From Vicugna vicugna (Eukaryota), in assembly GCA_013265495.1 (NCBI GenBank), contig MU058687.1, positions 4,152,093-4,216,092 on the forward strand: a stretch of 64,000 nucleotides of DNA. The letters run 5' to 3'. Positions 24,621 to 37,689 of this stretch are shown here, one piece after another. Under the pieces are notes generated by a model. That model was given only the letters and a program-made list of their open reading frames with translations. It was not told the DNA's origin and searched no databases. Within the stretch, counting starts at the first letter, position 1, and the number at the start of each line of letters is the position of its first letter. A program made the translations under genes and the position numbers.

Positions 24621-24799
24621 ATGGGTGAATCCCAGGACTTAAACTGGGAGAATCCCAGGTATTGGGAAAATCATGAACTACACTACAGAAAGAATTCGTC
24701 TCTGTAGAAACTGGAGTCACCAAAGGCAAATAATGAGTGGGTATTCATGACATTCCTTTGGAACTGTGTGCACGCACATGCGTGCACATGTTTTGGCCT

Positions 24800-25290
24800 T
24801 GTGAAGGAGAATAATAATGCCATTGGACGAGTACTTACTTAGAACCCCCAGCTTTGGGGATAGAGAATAAGGCAAGCCTGGTATCCCTCTTAAGGCATTT
24901 ACAGAGAAGGTGTATATTGAATAAATATCTCTGTGCTGGGAATTCTTAAACATAGAGCTCATCTCCTGGAAGAAGGGATGTTAAGCTGAGACTTGAAGTA
25001 TGGACAAGTATAGGGATGGAAGGGTGTTCCAGGAAGAGGAAACAGTATGGACAAAGGCCCAGAGACTGGAAGAGCCCTGCCTTCAGGGCCAGTTCAGATT
25101 GGCTGGAACGTGGGGCACAGCAGAGAGAAGAGTGCGATGAGGCTGGAGGGGTGGGCCAAGGTCACTTGGTGCAGGGAGGTGTATGCCGGCTTGTTTAGAG
25201 CTTCATTCGAAAGACACTGGGAAGTTGTTGAGGGTTGTTTTTTTTTTTAAACAGAATTTTGAGCAGGAGGTGGGCAATGAGAGAGGGTTT
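24800..25290 (-). mobile_element. L2 fragments
   Basis: ttaagctgagacttgaag...ttccaggaagaggaaacagtatggacaaaggcccagag. Confidence 0.65.
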
Positions 25291-25914
25291 TGACTGTCAT
25301 CCACAGGCTGGACATCGACTCAGCATGCAAGGAGGCCGGGCTCTCCTGGGCGGCGGCGAGTGGTGCGGGCAGTGTGCTGCTTCCAGGGGGCAGTGTTCCG
25401 CTGACTGTGCCCTTGGGTACAGTGACCCCCAGCTGTCAATTCAGAAACAACATACTCACACACTCCTCTCTCCTTAAGTGATGTTAGAGTGAGAAGAAGC
25501 AGGAGACTTACGTTTTGATGCTGGTGGTGAAGTGAAATCCAACTCCTGATTGGCCACAACAACATTGAAGGGTCCTCGTTCCTGCTCAATAAATAAGAAA
25601 CGAGTCCCAGACACTCTTCTCAGTACCTGGGATCTGACAGTGAGCAAAACAGAAAAAAGAAAAATTCTGTGTCTGTGGAGCTTGTATGTGGGGTTGGGGA
25701 GGGGAGCGATACAGATTTCTGCTATTAAGTTCTTAATTTCATGGACACTGAAACTGCTGGGGTTTTGGGCTATTTAGAGATTCTCCTCTCTTCCTTTGTG
25801 GTTTAAGCTGTTGTCACCTTTGCAGTAAGATATGTTAACTGAAAGGGCTTTTAAGAAAGTTAATCTATTTCCTTCTGCCCCTGCATTTGGTGAGGGCGGA
25901 GGTATTCTCAGCGA

Positions 25915-26140
25915 ATAATGATAATGACCACACGAATTTGTGTGTTCGCTCTGTGCCAGACGTGGGTGTAAGTATCGTACGTGATTCATTCAGTCAATCC
26001 TCAAGAAACTTGTTAGAGAGACATTATCATCAGCATTTTTTAGGTGAGGAAACTGATGCTCAGGGTGATGGGTGACCCCCAGCCCCTCCCCCTCCCCAGG
26101 CTGTAGTTGGCAGAGTTGAGATCCAAATAAGAGAAATTCA
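25915..26140 (-). mobile_element. MIR SINE
   Basis: attatcatcagcattttttaggtgaggaaactgatgctcag. Confidence 0.75.
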
Positions 26141-26329
26141 GCACTGGTGGTGTGACAATGATCCATTCACTAGAGGAAATTAGAAACACTTTTCAGATAA
26201 GGAGTGATCTAGTTACGTCACCCCATTGATTACCAACAGCCTTCTTCGACTGCCCCAGGCTCGTCGAATAGGACGTAACTGTGGTGGGCTCGAGGCCCGC
26301 AGCACTTGTCCCGTGCTGCTCTCTGCAGC

Positions 26330-26985
26330 CTGGGTCCTGGGCACTCCCCCCACTGTCTCCCCTCTGGGCCACATAGGCCTTCTTCTTTCAGGCCAGTTCT
26401 TGCCCTGTTTCTTTGCCCACAGGGGCTTTGCACATGCTGGTCCCTGTGCCTACAGTTATCTTCTCTACTCTCTCCATGTATTTTCTTCAGCACTAACTCA
26501 GGTCTCATTTCAAAGGCCATTTGTTTGGAAAGCCATTTCTAACTTCCATAAATAGAGCAAATCCCTCTGCTGTAGGTTCTGTTAATTCCACCTACCTCTC
26601 CATTGCAATGCTTAGGAAAATCATGATTTTATAACTTATTAATGTGATGATTCTCAAAACATGATCTTCACATCAGCAGTGTCAGTGTTGTCTGGGAACT
26701 TGCTGAAAGCACAGATTCCTCCACCGCACCCTGGACTTACTGAACCAGTGGCTCTGGGGATGGAGTCCAGCACTCCATGTTTTACTAAGTGTCCAGATGA
26801 TTCCAGCGTGCATGCGTTCTAGAACTGCTCCTTCTAGAACCATGTCCGTCTTTAACTGATGTCTTTACGGGGGCCTCACAGGCTGTTGGTTCCATCAGAA
26901 CGGAGCCTGAGTTGTTACTGTTTTTCTTTACTTTCTATCCGGCACGTATTGGATATTCAGTTAATAGTTGTTTGGTGGAGAAATG
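26330..26985 (+). mobile_element. L2 3' portion interrupted by MER5-type MITE
   Basis: ggggctttgcacatgctggtccctgtgcc...ggcacgtattggatattcagttaatagttg. Confidence 0.65.
26645..26828. mobile_element. MER5A-type MITE
   Basis: ctgggaacttgctgaaagcacagattcc...ggacttactgaaccagtggctctggggatggagtccagcactcc. Confidence 0.75.
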
Positions 26986-28382
26986 AAGGAGCTCATTTGA
27001 TTTTTAAATTAGCTTTTAAAAGAGGTATTATTCTGAGTTTTACAGATGGAAAAACTGAGGCTTTGGAATTTAGTGTCTGCTAGGCATGTCCAGTGAATTT
27101 ACAGGTTCTCCCTTTGGAGGAAACATCAAAGACATGACAGCTTTAGGTACAAAACTTTTTTTGTTGAGTAGGTTCTGTATATGTTTAAAGGATAGAGTAG
27201 GGCAAAGATGACACTGCCCAACCTGAAATAAACCGGCTTTGCTTCCTTCCCCCCTCAGGTGTTTAATGAGTGTGCTCTGTTAAGCACTCCTGGGGTTACC
27301 AGAGTGAGCACTGTCCTTAGGGCTTATGTTGTCTATGATATCTACCTATCCGTTGTGTTTGTGTGTGTGTGTGTATACATTCTGTGTGCATGCACGCTTT
27401 TATAATAATCTGCTAGGTGGACAGTGGTATACTCAAGAGAATAATAATCAGATGAGGGCAGAACACTTCCCAACTGAAAAATACAGATTGCTTTATGCAT
27501 TTACATGATGTTTTTGGACATGGAAATTATGAGAGATTTTTCTCATAAGGCTGCTTGTAGCAACTAAAATAATATTAGGAACATTCTATTTCCAATTGAA
27601 TTATTTCCCCAAAGCCATTGACTACGCCGGACCATATTTATGCATTTTGTGTGGGAAGTATAACATCCAAGGGAAACTATTTCCACTTTTAGCATTTCAA
27701 AATGATTTGACATAGAATGAAAGTTTGGTTGTGTTTTCTTGTCTAAATCATTTATGCTATTTCTCCTTGTTCCCAGTTTTAAAAATTGCCACTGTTTAAA
27801 AAAAATTTAAACAGCTGTACTTGGCAGCTGTGCTGGACTCCTGGCATTGTGGAACTGGGGAATCTGCACCATTAACTGCTATATAGAGATGCCAGCTCCG
27901 AGATGAGAATGTTTAATGGCGTGCCCAACTCTGCTCGGTGTGACAGACCGATTAAAATCTTACTTACGTTTCTTCTGAGTTCTTACAACTCCTGTTTTTC
28001 TTCTTTAATTTTTCATTTGGTGGGTTGTCAGATTTGGTGGAAGCGAAAGCTGATGCTGTTGGTGTGTTGAACGGGCTGTTACGTTTTCTCTGCCTTTGAG
28101 AATGAGCTTTGCTGTGTCAGCCAAAGCTGGTTCTACGTTTTAGAACAGGCTCCCATTCCATCTTTAAAGAAATATGTATGTATATTTACTTGAATTTAAG
28201 GTGATGAAAATGAAGTTTTGTGTAGCTACATTCATCAGCAAACATCATGTACCTCCAATGTGCTGGGTGAAGCTAGTGTAAGGGAAGACATGGTGTCTTT
28301 CTTCAAAATGCTGAAAGTCTAAGTTTCACCAAGAAGGCACATAGGGTAATTGCTAAATGATGTGACCAACATAATGGAATTT

Positions 28383-28632
28383 TAAATGGAGTGTGGTACA
28401 CTGGATTGGATCCTGGAAGAGAAGGAGGGCACTAGTGGAAAACTGATGGAATCTGGATAGATTCTGAAGTGTAGTTCATGGTAATGGGCCAGTGTTAATC
28501 TCTCAGTTTTGATAAATGCACCATGGTTATATAAGGCGATAGGCAGAACTGGGTAACAAGACATACAGGAACTGGCTATACTAGATTTGCAACTTTTCTG
28601 TGAGCCCAGGGGTACCCAAAATAAAATGTTTA
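28383..28632 (+). mobile_element. Old L1MC-type 3' end
   Basis: ctggattggatcctggaagagaagg...gttttgataaatgcaccatggttatataagg...tttgcaacttttctgtgag...aaaataaaatgttt. Confidence 0.8.
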
Positions 28633-28834
28633 CTTTTTAATAAAAGTATTAGGATTTTAGTAGAAACTTAATTGAAAGCTCCTATGGTGTCTTTGGGAAT
28701 AGTCATTCTCAGGAAAGCATCCTCTTGCTCCCTCTCCCCTGAGTCTTAGAAGATGTGTGAGAAATTGACCATTGAGGAATGAGCTGGTCTTTTGTGTGTC
28801 AGGGCTGTGCAAAATGATTGTGGTCTTGTGAAGC

Positions 28835-28995
28835 TGCAGTAAGGGTGAACTTCTATGAATTTGACATCTGTTTGCCACTTTACAGTTAATCCACCTGAGC
28901 CTTAGGTTTTTCATCTCTATAACGAACATACTGTTTTGCTTGTGTAGATAACGGGGCTCTTGTACGTACTGAATTTAAAATAAAGTAGTGTCTTA
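28835..28995 (+). mobile_element. MIR SINE
   Basis: gttaatccacctgagccttaggtttttcatctctataacg. Confidence 0.6.
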
Positions 28996-29959
28996 AATGT
29001 GCTGTCATTATTGCGCTCTGGAAATGTGGGAAAGGTCCTGGAAAACCATCCAACCATGGCATGTGTGACTAGTGACAAGCCGAGAGTGGTACTTTCCACA
29101 CATGGGTCTTCAGCGACCCAAGAGCTGATTTGTTACCGGAGATAGGGAGGCAGGGTCTCCCTTGGAAAAATGGCTTTGGAAAACGTGTGTGCTTTATTCT
29201 CTTCTGGTGGATGGCCCACGCATTGTAACCTCTTCTAGCCTTTGGTGTTGCCTGTAAAGAGCAGTTTCAGACACGGGTCTTACGTATTTCAGTAACTCTG
29301 CTCTCTAACTTCCACCTCGAGGCAGCTCCATTCTTTTTTCTCATGGTCCATAACAGCACTGTAATGTTACATGTGTCATTTTTCTGAGGATGTTCCAATG
29401 CTTCCCCCCATGTAGCTCCAGGGTTTACTTTGACACTCCATCCCTTTCTACTTTATGTCAACATAGTTAGCATAAAACCTATAGCAGTGGGATGCAAAAA
29501 CCATAGCTTAGCTGAAATGTGGCCTGAGCAGCATCCCTCACAAAGAGCGGTGGCCCTGGATTTTCCCTTGAGGGAAAAAACCCATGTAAGATTCAGTTTT
29601 GCCTTCTTTTATTTTGCTTTCTGTGTTACCAGCCAAGCAACAATGCTGGCTCAGGAAAGAGAAACCTTTCAGCAATTCATTCACCCCACCCCCTCATCCC
29701 CCAGCTTTGAATTTCCCCAGCTGGGTGTAGGAGAAAAGACATTCTCGCTCGCTTTCACCTGCACCACAGGTGCACTTCTAAGGCGGGTCTGCTCCTCCAG
29801 AACAGGGGTCAGGCACCTGAGGGTTAGAGGGCTGCTGCCCACAAGAGAGTTACTACCTGGGAACACAGGGGCAATGCATTAAACATTCTCACACTATAAG
29901 GCATTGTATAAATCAGTGTCTACTTGGTGTTATTACCAATTGGTGCTAATAGCTAATTG

Positions 29960-30712
29960 CTGATAGTAATAATAATATCATTAAATAAGTTCTTACTGTG
30001 GGCCAGCTTCTAACTAGGTGCTCTAAGTGCAGTATCTGATTTGATGAGGAAACTGGGGCTCAGGTAAGTGAAATAACTCACCCAAATATGACCTTAAGGT
30101 TAGAGGAAGCAGAGGAGAAAATGCTTTTGGTTATGCAGATAAATAGCTGTTCACTGACGCTCTGCTTTTCCTAATTCATGTCATACGTCACTCATCAGTC
30201 TTCACATTCAACCCCCGCCTTGCGCCCTCGGAGATTCTGGAGTTGGTCTCACATTGCTTCTTAACCCTTACTCTAGACAGTCATCACTTACTGATCAGGG
30301 CTGACAAAGAAGATAAACCCTCTTTTCCATCCAGTGAATAAGTGTTTGTTGAAAGAGAGGAGGATTCAAATCCTTGGGCTGAGGCCGTCGAGAGAAAGCT
30401 TCACAGAGGAGGAGAAATTCAGCTCAGCCTTGAAGAAAGGGTGTAGGACCTGAATAAGCAGTCGGTTACAGTAGCAGCTTAGTGCTTACTGGCTGTCAGC
30501 TCTTGCTCAGGGCTGCTGTTAATTCATTTCAAGCCCGTGGCATTTCTAAGAGATACAGACCATCTGTATCGACCATCTGTATTTACAGAGGAGAGGCGAA
30601 GGCACAAAGACGTCAAGCAGCTTGTGTGAGATCACACAGTTCATTGAAGCAAAGACCAGGATTCTGACTCGGGGAGTGTGGACCTAGACCCTGCTCTCTT
30701 AGTTCTCCATCC
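29960..30712 (-). mobile_element. MIR fragments (29960-30100 and 30470-30712)
   Basis: gatgaggaaactggggctcaggtaagtgaaataactcacccaa; atttacagaggagaggcgaaggcacaaag...gatcacacag...caggattctgactc. Confidence 0.7.
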
Positions 30713-32249
30713 TGTTTTAAGTGGGCAGAAGTGCCTATTCACTAGTGCGTCCTAAGTGTCTGGCACGTAGTAGGCACTTAACATAGACTGAATGAATGAA
30801 TACCTTTTCCCTTTGGCCAAATAAGAGAGGAAAGGTGTTCCAGATGGGAATGGCAAAAGCAGTGACACAGAGGAGGAAATACCAGTGATGTGCTGGTGAT
30901 AAATGGGTTTCTGTACAGGGCAGAAATAAGGCATTTGGCATGGCAGACTGGGGCTAGCGTAAGGAGTTTGGGCTTTTTGTTTGGTTTGCTTATCAAAGTT
31001 ATCATTCTATCCCTGTCCAGGTTTGCACACATCATCTCTGGTATATTCTATGGTCCTATGTGGTGAAGATTATGTGTAATTACTTAACGGTGAATGTCAG
31101 TCTAAATAAAAAACTATCCCCAAGTTTTTCTCATAAGCCTTTTGAGTAATGGGTCAAGACTAAACAGATAACATGTTTGTGGGAGTGGAAAGGGTTAGAA
31201 TTTTCTGAGGGGGATGTCAGCATGAAGAGGTGGGAGATATCATAGACTGGAAAAGAGTAGGTGGTATATCTGGTTCTACTAGACCTTGGTTATTGACACG
31301 TATTTTCTTTGCTTTTCGAAGTTTCTAGTTACCAAACAGAGCAGTTTAGATCACTGTAATAGTAGATTTGGAATTTTTTTGAGCATCTCACTTTTCATAG
31401 AACTTGAAGGTGTTTCCGTGCATTTCATTATATGATTATCCTAGAATGCTTTATCTGGAACTGGGAAAAAGTTAGTCATCAAAAACCATCTTCACCGAGA
31501 ATTCAGCTGTAGGAAAAGACAAAAATGGACCCAAATCCCTCACCATCATTCTTCTCCCTCCTGACCACTTACAACGTGTGTTTCTTCTTAAGACCTGGAT
31601 ATCCTGAGCAAAATCCTCTGTCTCAGAAAATGGAATTAATCTGGCTAGTATTTAGACTCTAGCTGATAATAAAGTCAAGAGAAATGATTCCTAGGTTACC
31701 AGTAGGCTGAGTGTGAAAGTCAAAACCCATTGAAAACCAGGGGCATTGTCCATGAAATAAGGTAGCTTTGTGAATGCGTGGGTGGCGTTGATTTCCAAGG
31801 GGGACTGTGCAGTCAGTCAGTCTCTCGGAAGATATTTAGCTTGTTTAACTCAATGACATGTTCACTCATCATGCTTTTATTTCTCATCTCAGGCAGAGGA
31901 GACAGTATCAGTTCTGAACAAAATGGAGGCTGAGCTTTTACTCTATTGTGTTCGCCCATCTGTAAACTCATATCAAGGTGATAAAACTGGGAATAAAACC
32001 TGGCAGTTTGAAAAAAATAATCATTTTGTTAATGAAAGTCTGTGGCTGGTGGTAAAATACACATCAGGGCATCATTTGAAGAATTAACCAGGATTAAGAA
32101 AAAGCTGCTCTTCATGGGAGCTACTCTCAGGAATATCTATGTATAAAAATGTGAGAAATGAGTGCCTGTGGGCACTTTTTGGAGAACATTTGGTATAAAC
32201 ACTGGAAGAAAAATGAAATAACAAAGACATGATGGCATGTAGAGTCTAT

Positions 32250-32460
32250 GCAGATTTTTTGTGTACATTATCTCACTGGAATCCTTGTAACAGTTCACAT
32301 CAGGTTGTGGAGGGGTGACGTTATCCTCATTTTGCAGATAGGGAAACTGAAGTTCAGATGGATTAGATGACTAGTCTCAGGTCCTACCTAGAGAAAGTGG
32401 GAGCAGGGATTCAAAGTCAGACTATCTTTCTCCAAAGACCATTCTCCTCATCACTGAACT
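32250..32460 (-). mobile_element. MIR SINE
   Basis: ttatcctcattttgcagatagggaaactgaagttcagatggattagatgactagtctcaggtc...gggattcaaagtcagact. Confidence 0.85.
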
Positions 32461-32964
32461 GTTGACTCCCAAAGGTCTGTTTCCTAGAAATGCATCATTG
32501 TCCATTCTGGACCAAACCTGTCTTCTCAGGAAGTCATGATGCATTGATGGCTCCTAATCTCTCTTCTAGCATATAGCACGTCTCCCTGAGTCTGCCACCT
32601 AGTGCAGAATGCAGTATTCATTCATTCTATTCTTGCATTCTTTAAAATTGGAAAGCATTTGTTTTTATACCCGAGGGACAGAGTTGGGTAAGGAAATGGA
32701 CCAGCATGGACCAGCATAGACCAGCTGTGACTCTGTTTCTGAGAAACATCTAATCTCTTTGAGCCTCAGTTTGCTCACATGAATGATGCTTGTCTTGACT
32801 ACGTATTTTTCGTGAGGATAAGTGCAGTAATGTCTGTCACCTAGTCCATTGGAGATGTCAACAAGTGGGTGCTGGATGAAAAGAGAGACAGGTAAGACAC
32901 CATCTTAACATGAAGAAACTCACTAGTCCAAGGGATGGGGAAGCAGACAAGTTATCAGTGTCAA

Positions 32965-34035
32965 TCGAGTTTTCTCACCTGAAAAATGAGGGTAATGATA
33001 CTATTTATCACTTATGAAGATGGTTAAATGGGTCAATAGAGAGCACTTAGACTAGTGCCTGGCTACATAGTAAGTATTCAGTAAACTTCACCTGTAACAG
33101 TGGTAATTACTAACTGCTCAAACTTAGGCTTGCACCTGTGTGATGGTTGGTCAGAAGAAGGAGGATCAATTGTCAGGTTAAGTCAGAGAAGGCTTCATAA
33201 AAACAAAAGCATCTGAGCTAGGTCTTGATGCACGTGGAAGAGCCTGCCAAGCTGTCTGAACTTCTGCTCCCTGATGGCTAATTTTATAAATAAGCATTAG
33301 TTCAGTGGGGGTGAAAGTTGGTGATGGCAGGAGTGCTGGTGTGTATTGGCGTAAGGGTGGACGGGAATGCAGTTATCATTGCCAAGGAATCTCAAAGTTT
33401 ATGAAAACAAAAATATCCAGCAAAGTACAGGTTAAAGGCAGCACTGTTCCCTTTGCTGCTGACCCATTTCATTAGGAGCCTCAGCACATGTTTGGGAGCA
33501 AAATTCTCTTTAATTGTAAAGAAAGAAAGGTATAATGGAACAAAAACAGATCTGCATTCAGATCCTGCTTTACGACTCACTAGCTGGTTGACCCTGGAGT
33601 AATTACATTGCCTTTCTGATGTTTCATTTCCCCAAGTCTTCAAAAGGAGTAATAGTTACATACCTCGAAGTATTGTAAACATTTGAGATAATGCACATAA
33701 AGTGTATGATGTTTTGGTAGCTTCTCAGAAAAAGAAAAATACTATTTATTTAAATATTTATAATTTACATGGAATTATAATTTGTGTTTCCATATAAATA
33801 CATAGTTATAGTCTTACATCATATATATGGTATATAATATAATTACTTCTATTTCTAATTATAGCTAAGTGCCAAGCACTGTGCTGAGGACTATGGGAAA
33901 TACCTCCTTTCATCTTCTCAGGAAATACATGGGTTAAAAAAAAATGAATACATGAGTACGTAGGGATATTATCCTTATTCTGAAGAGAAGGAAATTCAAC
34001 TTTAGAAAGTATATGGCTGTCACAATGGGATGGTG
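32965..34035. mobile_element. MIR cluster (32965-33090 +, 33525-33730 +, 33855-34035 -)
   Basis: ttttctcacctgaaaaatgagggtaatgata...agtgcctggctacatagtaagtattcagtaaa; gcattcagatcctgctttacgactcactagctgg; tattatccttattctgaagagaaggaaa. Confidence 0.7.
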
Positions 34036-36508
34036 ACATGATTGATGGGAAGATGTCAACAGGCTTAGTTGCAGATATAAAGTCTCTTTAATGATAAAGG
34101 ATACAGAAGCACAAAGGTGGTATAGTGGACAGCTTTTAAGACTGCAGCTCCAAGATAGAGGTGTAGCTTCTCCAGTCTCCCAGTGCCCCCATGAGGCATG
34201 CAGCCGTGGATGACCTCACCTGCCTGCAGGAGGGATGCAAAGCTCCCTTTGCTGTTCTCAACGGGAGCCTATCTCCTGGCACTCCTCCCTCCACATCTCA
34301 CTATTCCAGAAATTTGGCCAACTACTGCCTGGCCTGAACACCAGCTGTGAGTAATGAGTGCAAAGCAACCCCAGCACATTTCGGACAGCTGACTGTGACA
34401 CTGGATGTCAGTTCCCCAGGAGCATTCCCTGTGGGAATTGGCTTTAGGTCTGTCTAAAGCTCCCTACTGCGGAACGCTCAGTAATTTGCCCAAGCTCGCA
34501 CAACCAGTACATGGGAAAATTAGGACTCACAGGTGATCCGTGTGACTCCTGAGAGCCCCTCATGGTCATGCTGTAGGCAGTTAAAATTTGGATTGTGCAT
34601 GTAATTTGCAAATTAGTTAAGAGTAGAGGGAAGAAAGCAAGACTTCAACTTCCAAAGCAACTGAAGTTAGATATTCTGTGAAAGTTACATATTGCCTGAT
34701 GCTGGTAGAAGTCAGGATGGAAGGAATTAAAGAAGAGAGCTGACAAGGGCTGGAAGGACTGCTGAGGGGAAGGCGCATTCCAGGCACGGCACCACTCCTT
34801 CCAGGAGTACTACCGCTCCTGGTACACTGCCAGGCCTCCAGGGTCCCCCCTCCCCAGGGTACAACCCCCAGCTCTCACTTCCCTCTCAACGTGAAGCTGC
34901 CCACACTCCAAAACAACACGTGGGAAACATGTTTTTAAACAACTTTTCACTTTTGTCTTCCTTTATCTATCTTATTTTTATATTTTGGTTTAGCTGTGTG
35001 TGGTTGATTTGCTCTGGCTCCATGAAGAATAGCAATTGCTAAGCCCAAGGTACGTTGTGAAAATGTGAAAAATTTTTCTCTCGCTTTGCCGAAGTGACTG
35101 CTCCCTCGGGAGAGTTTGGAATGAGTGGTGAGAAGCAACTTAGCAGAGAGAAGTAAGTGGTCGTTTCCTAAACATAGACAATTATGAGAAAACACTCAGG
35201 GTTGGGATAATACAAAAAAGAGGCGATGAGTTAGACCAGGCTTCCGAGAGTTCTCACCAGGAGCGCACCATTAGACCTTGCTCAGCTAGCCGACTCGCAG
35301 TGTCCTCTGACCTTGGCTGTTTGGCCTCAGGTGACTACCAGCCTGACCAGCTCTACTGAAGGGCTGAGGGGCCAACACCTGGGAGGTACCTGTGTAATCC
35401 TGTCCTGATACCCAAACTGGGAATGAGTCAAAGTTTGTTTTGATACTGAAGGGAGTGGGTAGAAGCATTATTATTTGACCCTCAGTGGCTGCCCAGCTAG
35501 AGAGAGGGGCCTGAATCCATGCTATGGTCGCCTCAGCTGGGGAAGAAAGTATGGCAAATTGTGTCTTCTCCTCAATTGCTCTCCCCCTTTTACGTGCCTG
35601 GCATATTTTTAATCATCCTTGAAGACCCCCAAAATTGCTCCTCTTGGAAACAGTCTTGCCTGAGGCATATTTTAGAGCTTCCACATTTATCCTTGAATGG
35701 ACTCCATGTGTTACAGTGATGCCCCGACAAGCTGGTTTCCCTACCAGAGTCACCGTGGGGTTGTGAACAGTGGCTCACTCATCTGTGCTGCTGCTCTCCC
35801 ACAGAGTGCATTTACCGACGAAAACATTTTCAGTAGGTGTTTGCTAGATGAATACATGTTGAAAGCTATAGCCTTTACTCCACTCATCGATTCTTTGGGC
35901 AAGGTCATCTGACTTTTCTTTGTTTCAGTCTGCGTGTCTGTAACCCGCAGAGACCTCTTACGGACTAAACTGTATTGCTAGCTGAAGTGTTCTTCGAGCT
36001 TCTCAGTGGTTATAACAAAGAGAACTTTAATAGGCTGTGACCACACCTGGGAGCAGTTAGGCAGACTGAAATACCTCCAGCCGAAGGAGATAATGTGTAT
36101 GCTGAGACCCAGGACCCAGCCCATCAAGTGGTCTTCGGTTTGGCTCAGTGCCCGCGATGTCTCCAATGAGAGGTAACTCAACCTAGGTTCTGAGATACTC
36201 TTCTCCAGCTAAAGATGACATCTTAGTTTAAAGAATTTAGTAATCGTGGATGTTCCTTGGCAGACATCTCTTGCTGTAGGACTTCTACTTGCACTCACCT
36301 TAAACAGCTTCTTATAAAGCAAAATAAGGGGGGAAACAAGCAATAGGAAGGAAAGAGTGCATTAGTCTGCATAAGGAAAACAGCTCCTCTGACTTACACT
36401 CTCGTAATTTGGTTTGCAGAAGGAAAGTATTTTCAGTATTCTATCTAATTACATTGCAAAAAATTAATTACTTTTAATGTGCTTCAAAAAAGCCTCCAAA
36501 TATCTTAC

Positions 36509-36708
36509 CTTCTCCACTGGCATCACCCATATCAGTAATTTCTGGCTCGAGGCCGATGTCCGAAGGATAGGGGTCTCCAGAGTTGACTGCTGATAATCTG
36601 AATCAAGTTGATTACATGTGATGAACCGACTTCTTGAACTCCTGCACTCCTCTCATTGGATTCCTGCACATCCACTTCCTTGGATTCCATGCCTTGTCCT
36701 TTTGGGCT
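36509..36708 (-). other. Candidate 200-nt internal exon of an unidentified minus-strand transcript
   Basis: Minus-strand acceptor cttctctacatttcag|AGCCC and donor GAGAAG|gtaaga; non-repeat, retains CpGs; ATG in gatATGG context near the 3' end (MGDASGE). Confidence 0.4.
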
Positions 36709-36794
36709 CTGAAATGTAGAGAAGCAATCACATAGAGGGGCCAGCAGTGCAATAAAGGGGGCATCGTCCAACACAATTTTGTGAGTTCAGGTTG

Positions 36795-36975
36795 GAGCAC
36801 ATGGTATCGTGGAAAGAACATGGGCTTTGTGGTTAGACCTACTTGAATTTGAAACCCAGCTTGTCACTTACTCTGTTCCCTTTGGTAGCGTTCCTGAGCT
36901 CTCTGTTCCCAGCTCTCCTCATCTTTAAAACGAGGTCTGTAATTCCTCACAGGGCTGCCATGCTGAGCATCTAAG
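36795..36975 (+). mobile_element. MIR SINE
   Basis: gcacatggtatcgtggaaagaacatgggctttgtggttagacctacttgaatttgaaacccagc...ctcctcatctttaaaacgagg. Confidence 0.8.
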
Positions 36976-37052
36976 AAAAGCCTCCCTGCCACCCAGATCC
37001 TCAGCACTCCGGTCGCACACTTATCCTCCCACGTCATTTCCCAGTTACTCCC

Positions 37053-37604
37053 TCTGTGAGCTTTCTCTTGTTGCAGAGCTGATTACCACAGACTTAACTG
37101 CTGAAGACAACACACATTCACTACCTCACAGTTTCTGGAGGTCATAAGTCCAGGCATGGGCTGGTTGGAACTCAACTGCTTTAAGCCCTCACAAGGCTGC
37201 AGGACAGGTGTCAGCCAGGGCTGTGATTTCATGTGAGACCTGAGATCTTCTTCCAAACTTACATGGTTGTTGCCAAGATTTGGTTCCTTACGGTTGCAGG
37301 ACTAAGGCCTTCAGTTTCTAGAGGCTGCCTACAATTCCCTGCCATGTGGCCCTGTCCATCCTTTGCATAGGCACTTCACAGTACAGCAACCTGCTCTTTT
37401 GAAGTCAACAGTAAAGAAAGTAAAGAAATATATTTATTAACCTCATCACAGGTGTCAAGTTGCAGCTCATCACTTTTGCTATATTCTGTTGGTTAGAAGC
37501 AAGCCACAGGGCCCACCCATGCTAAAGGGGAGGGAAAGGCACAAAGGTGTGAACACCTAGAGGTGAGGAGGATCACTGGGGGTCACCAAAGGATCTGTCC
37601 ACCA
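37053..37604 (-). mobile_element. MaLR solo LTR (MLT1F-like)
   Basis: ctcacagtttctggaggtcataagtccaggcatggg...ctcacaaggctgca...catcacttttgctatattctgttggttagaagcaagccacag...aaggtgtgaacacc. Confidence 0.85.
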
Positions 37605-37689
37605 CCCTCTCCAAGTGCAACAAACTACAGCATGCCATCCTGTCTGTGTTGGTGACTAATCATTTCAGTGAATTTAAAATCAGACACGT

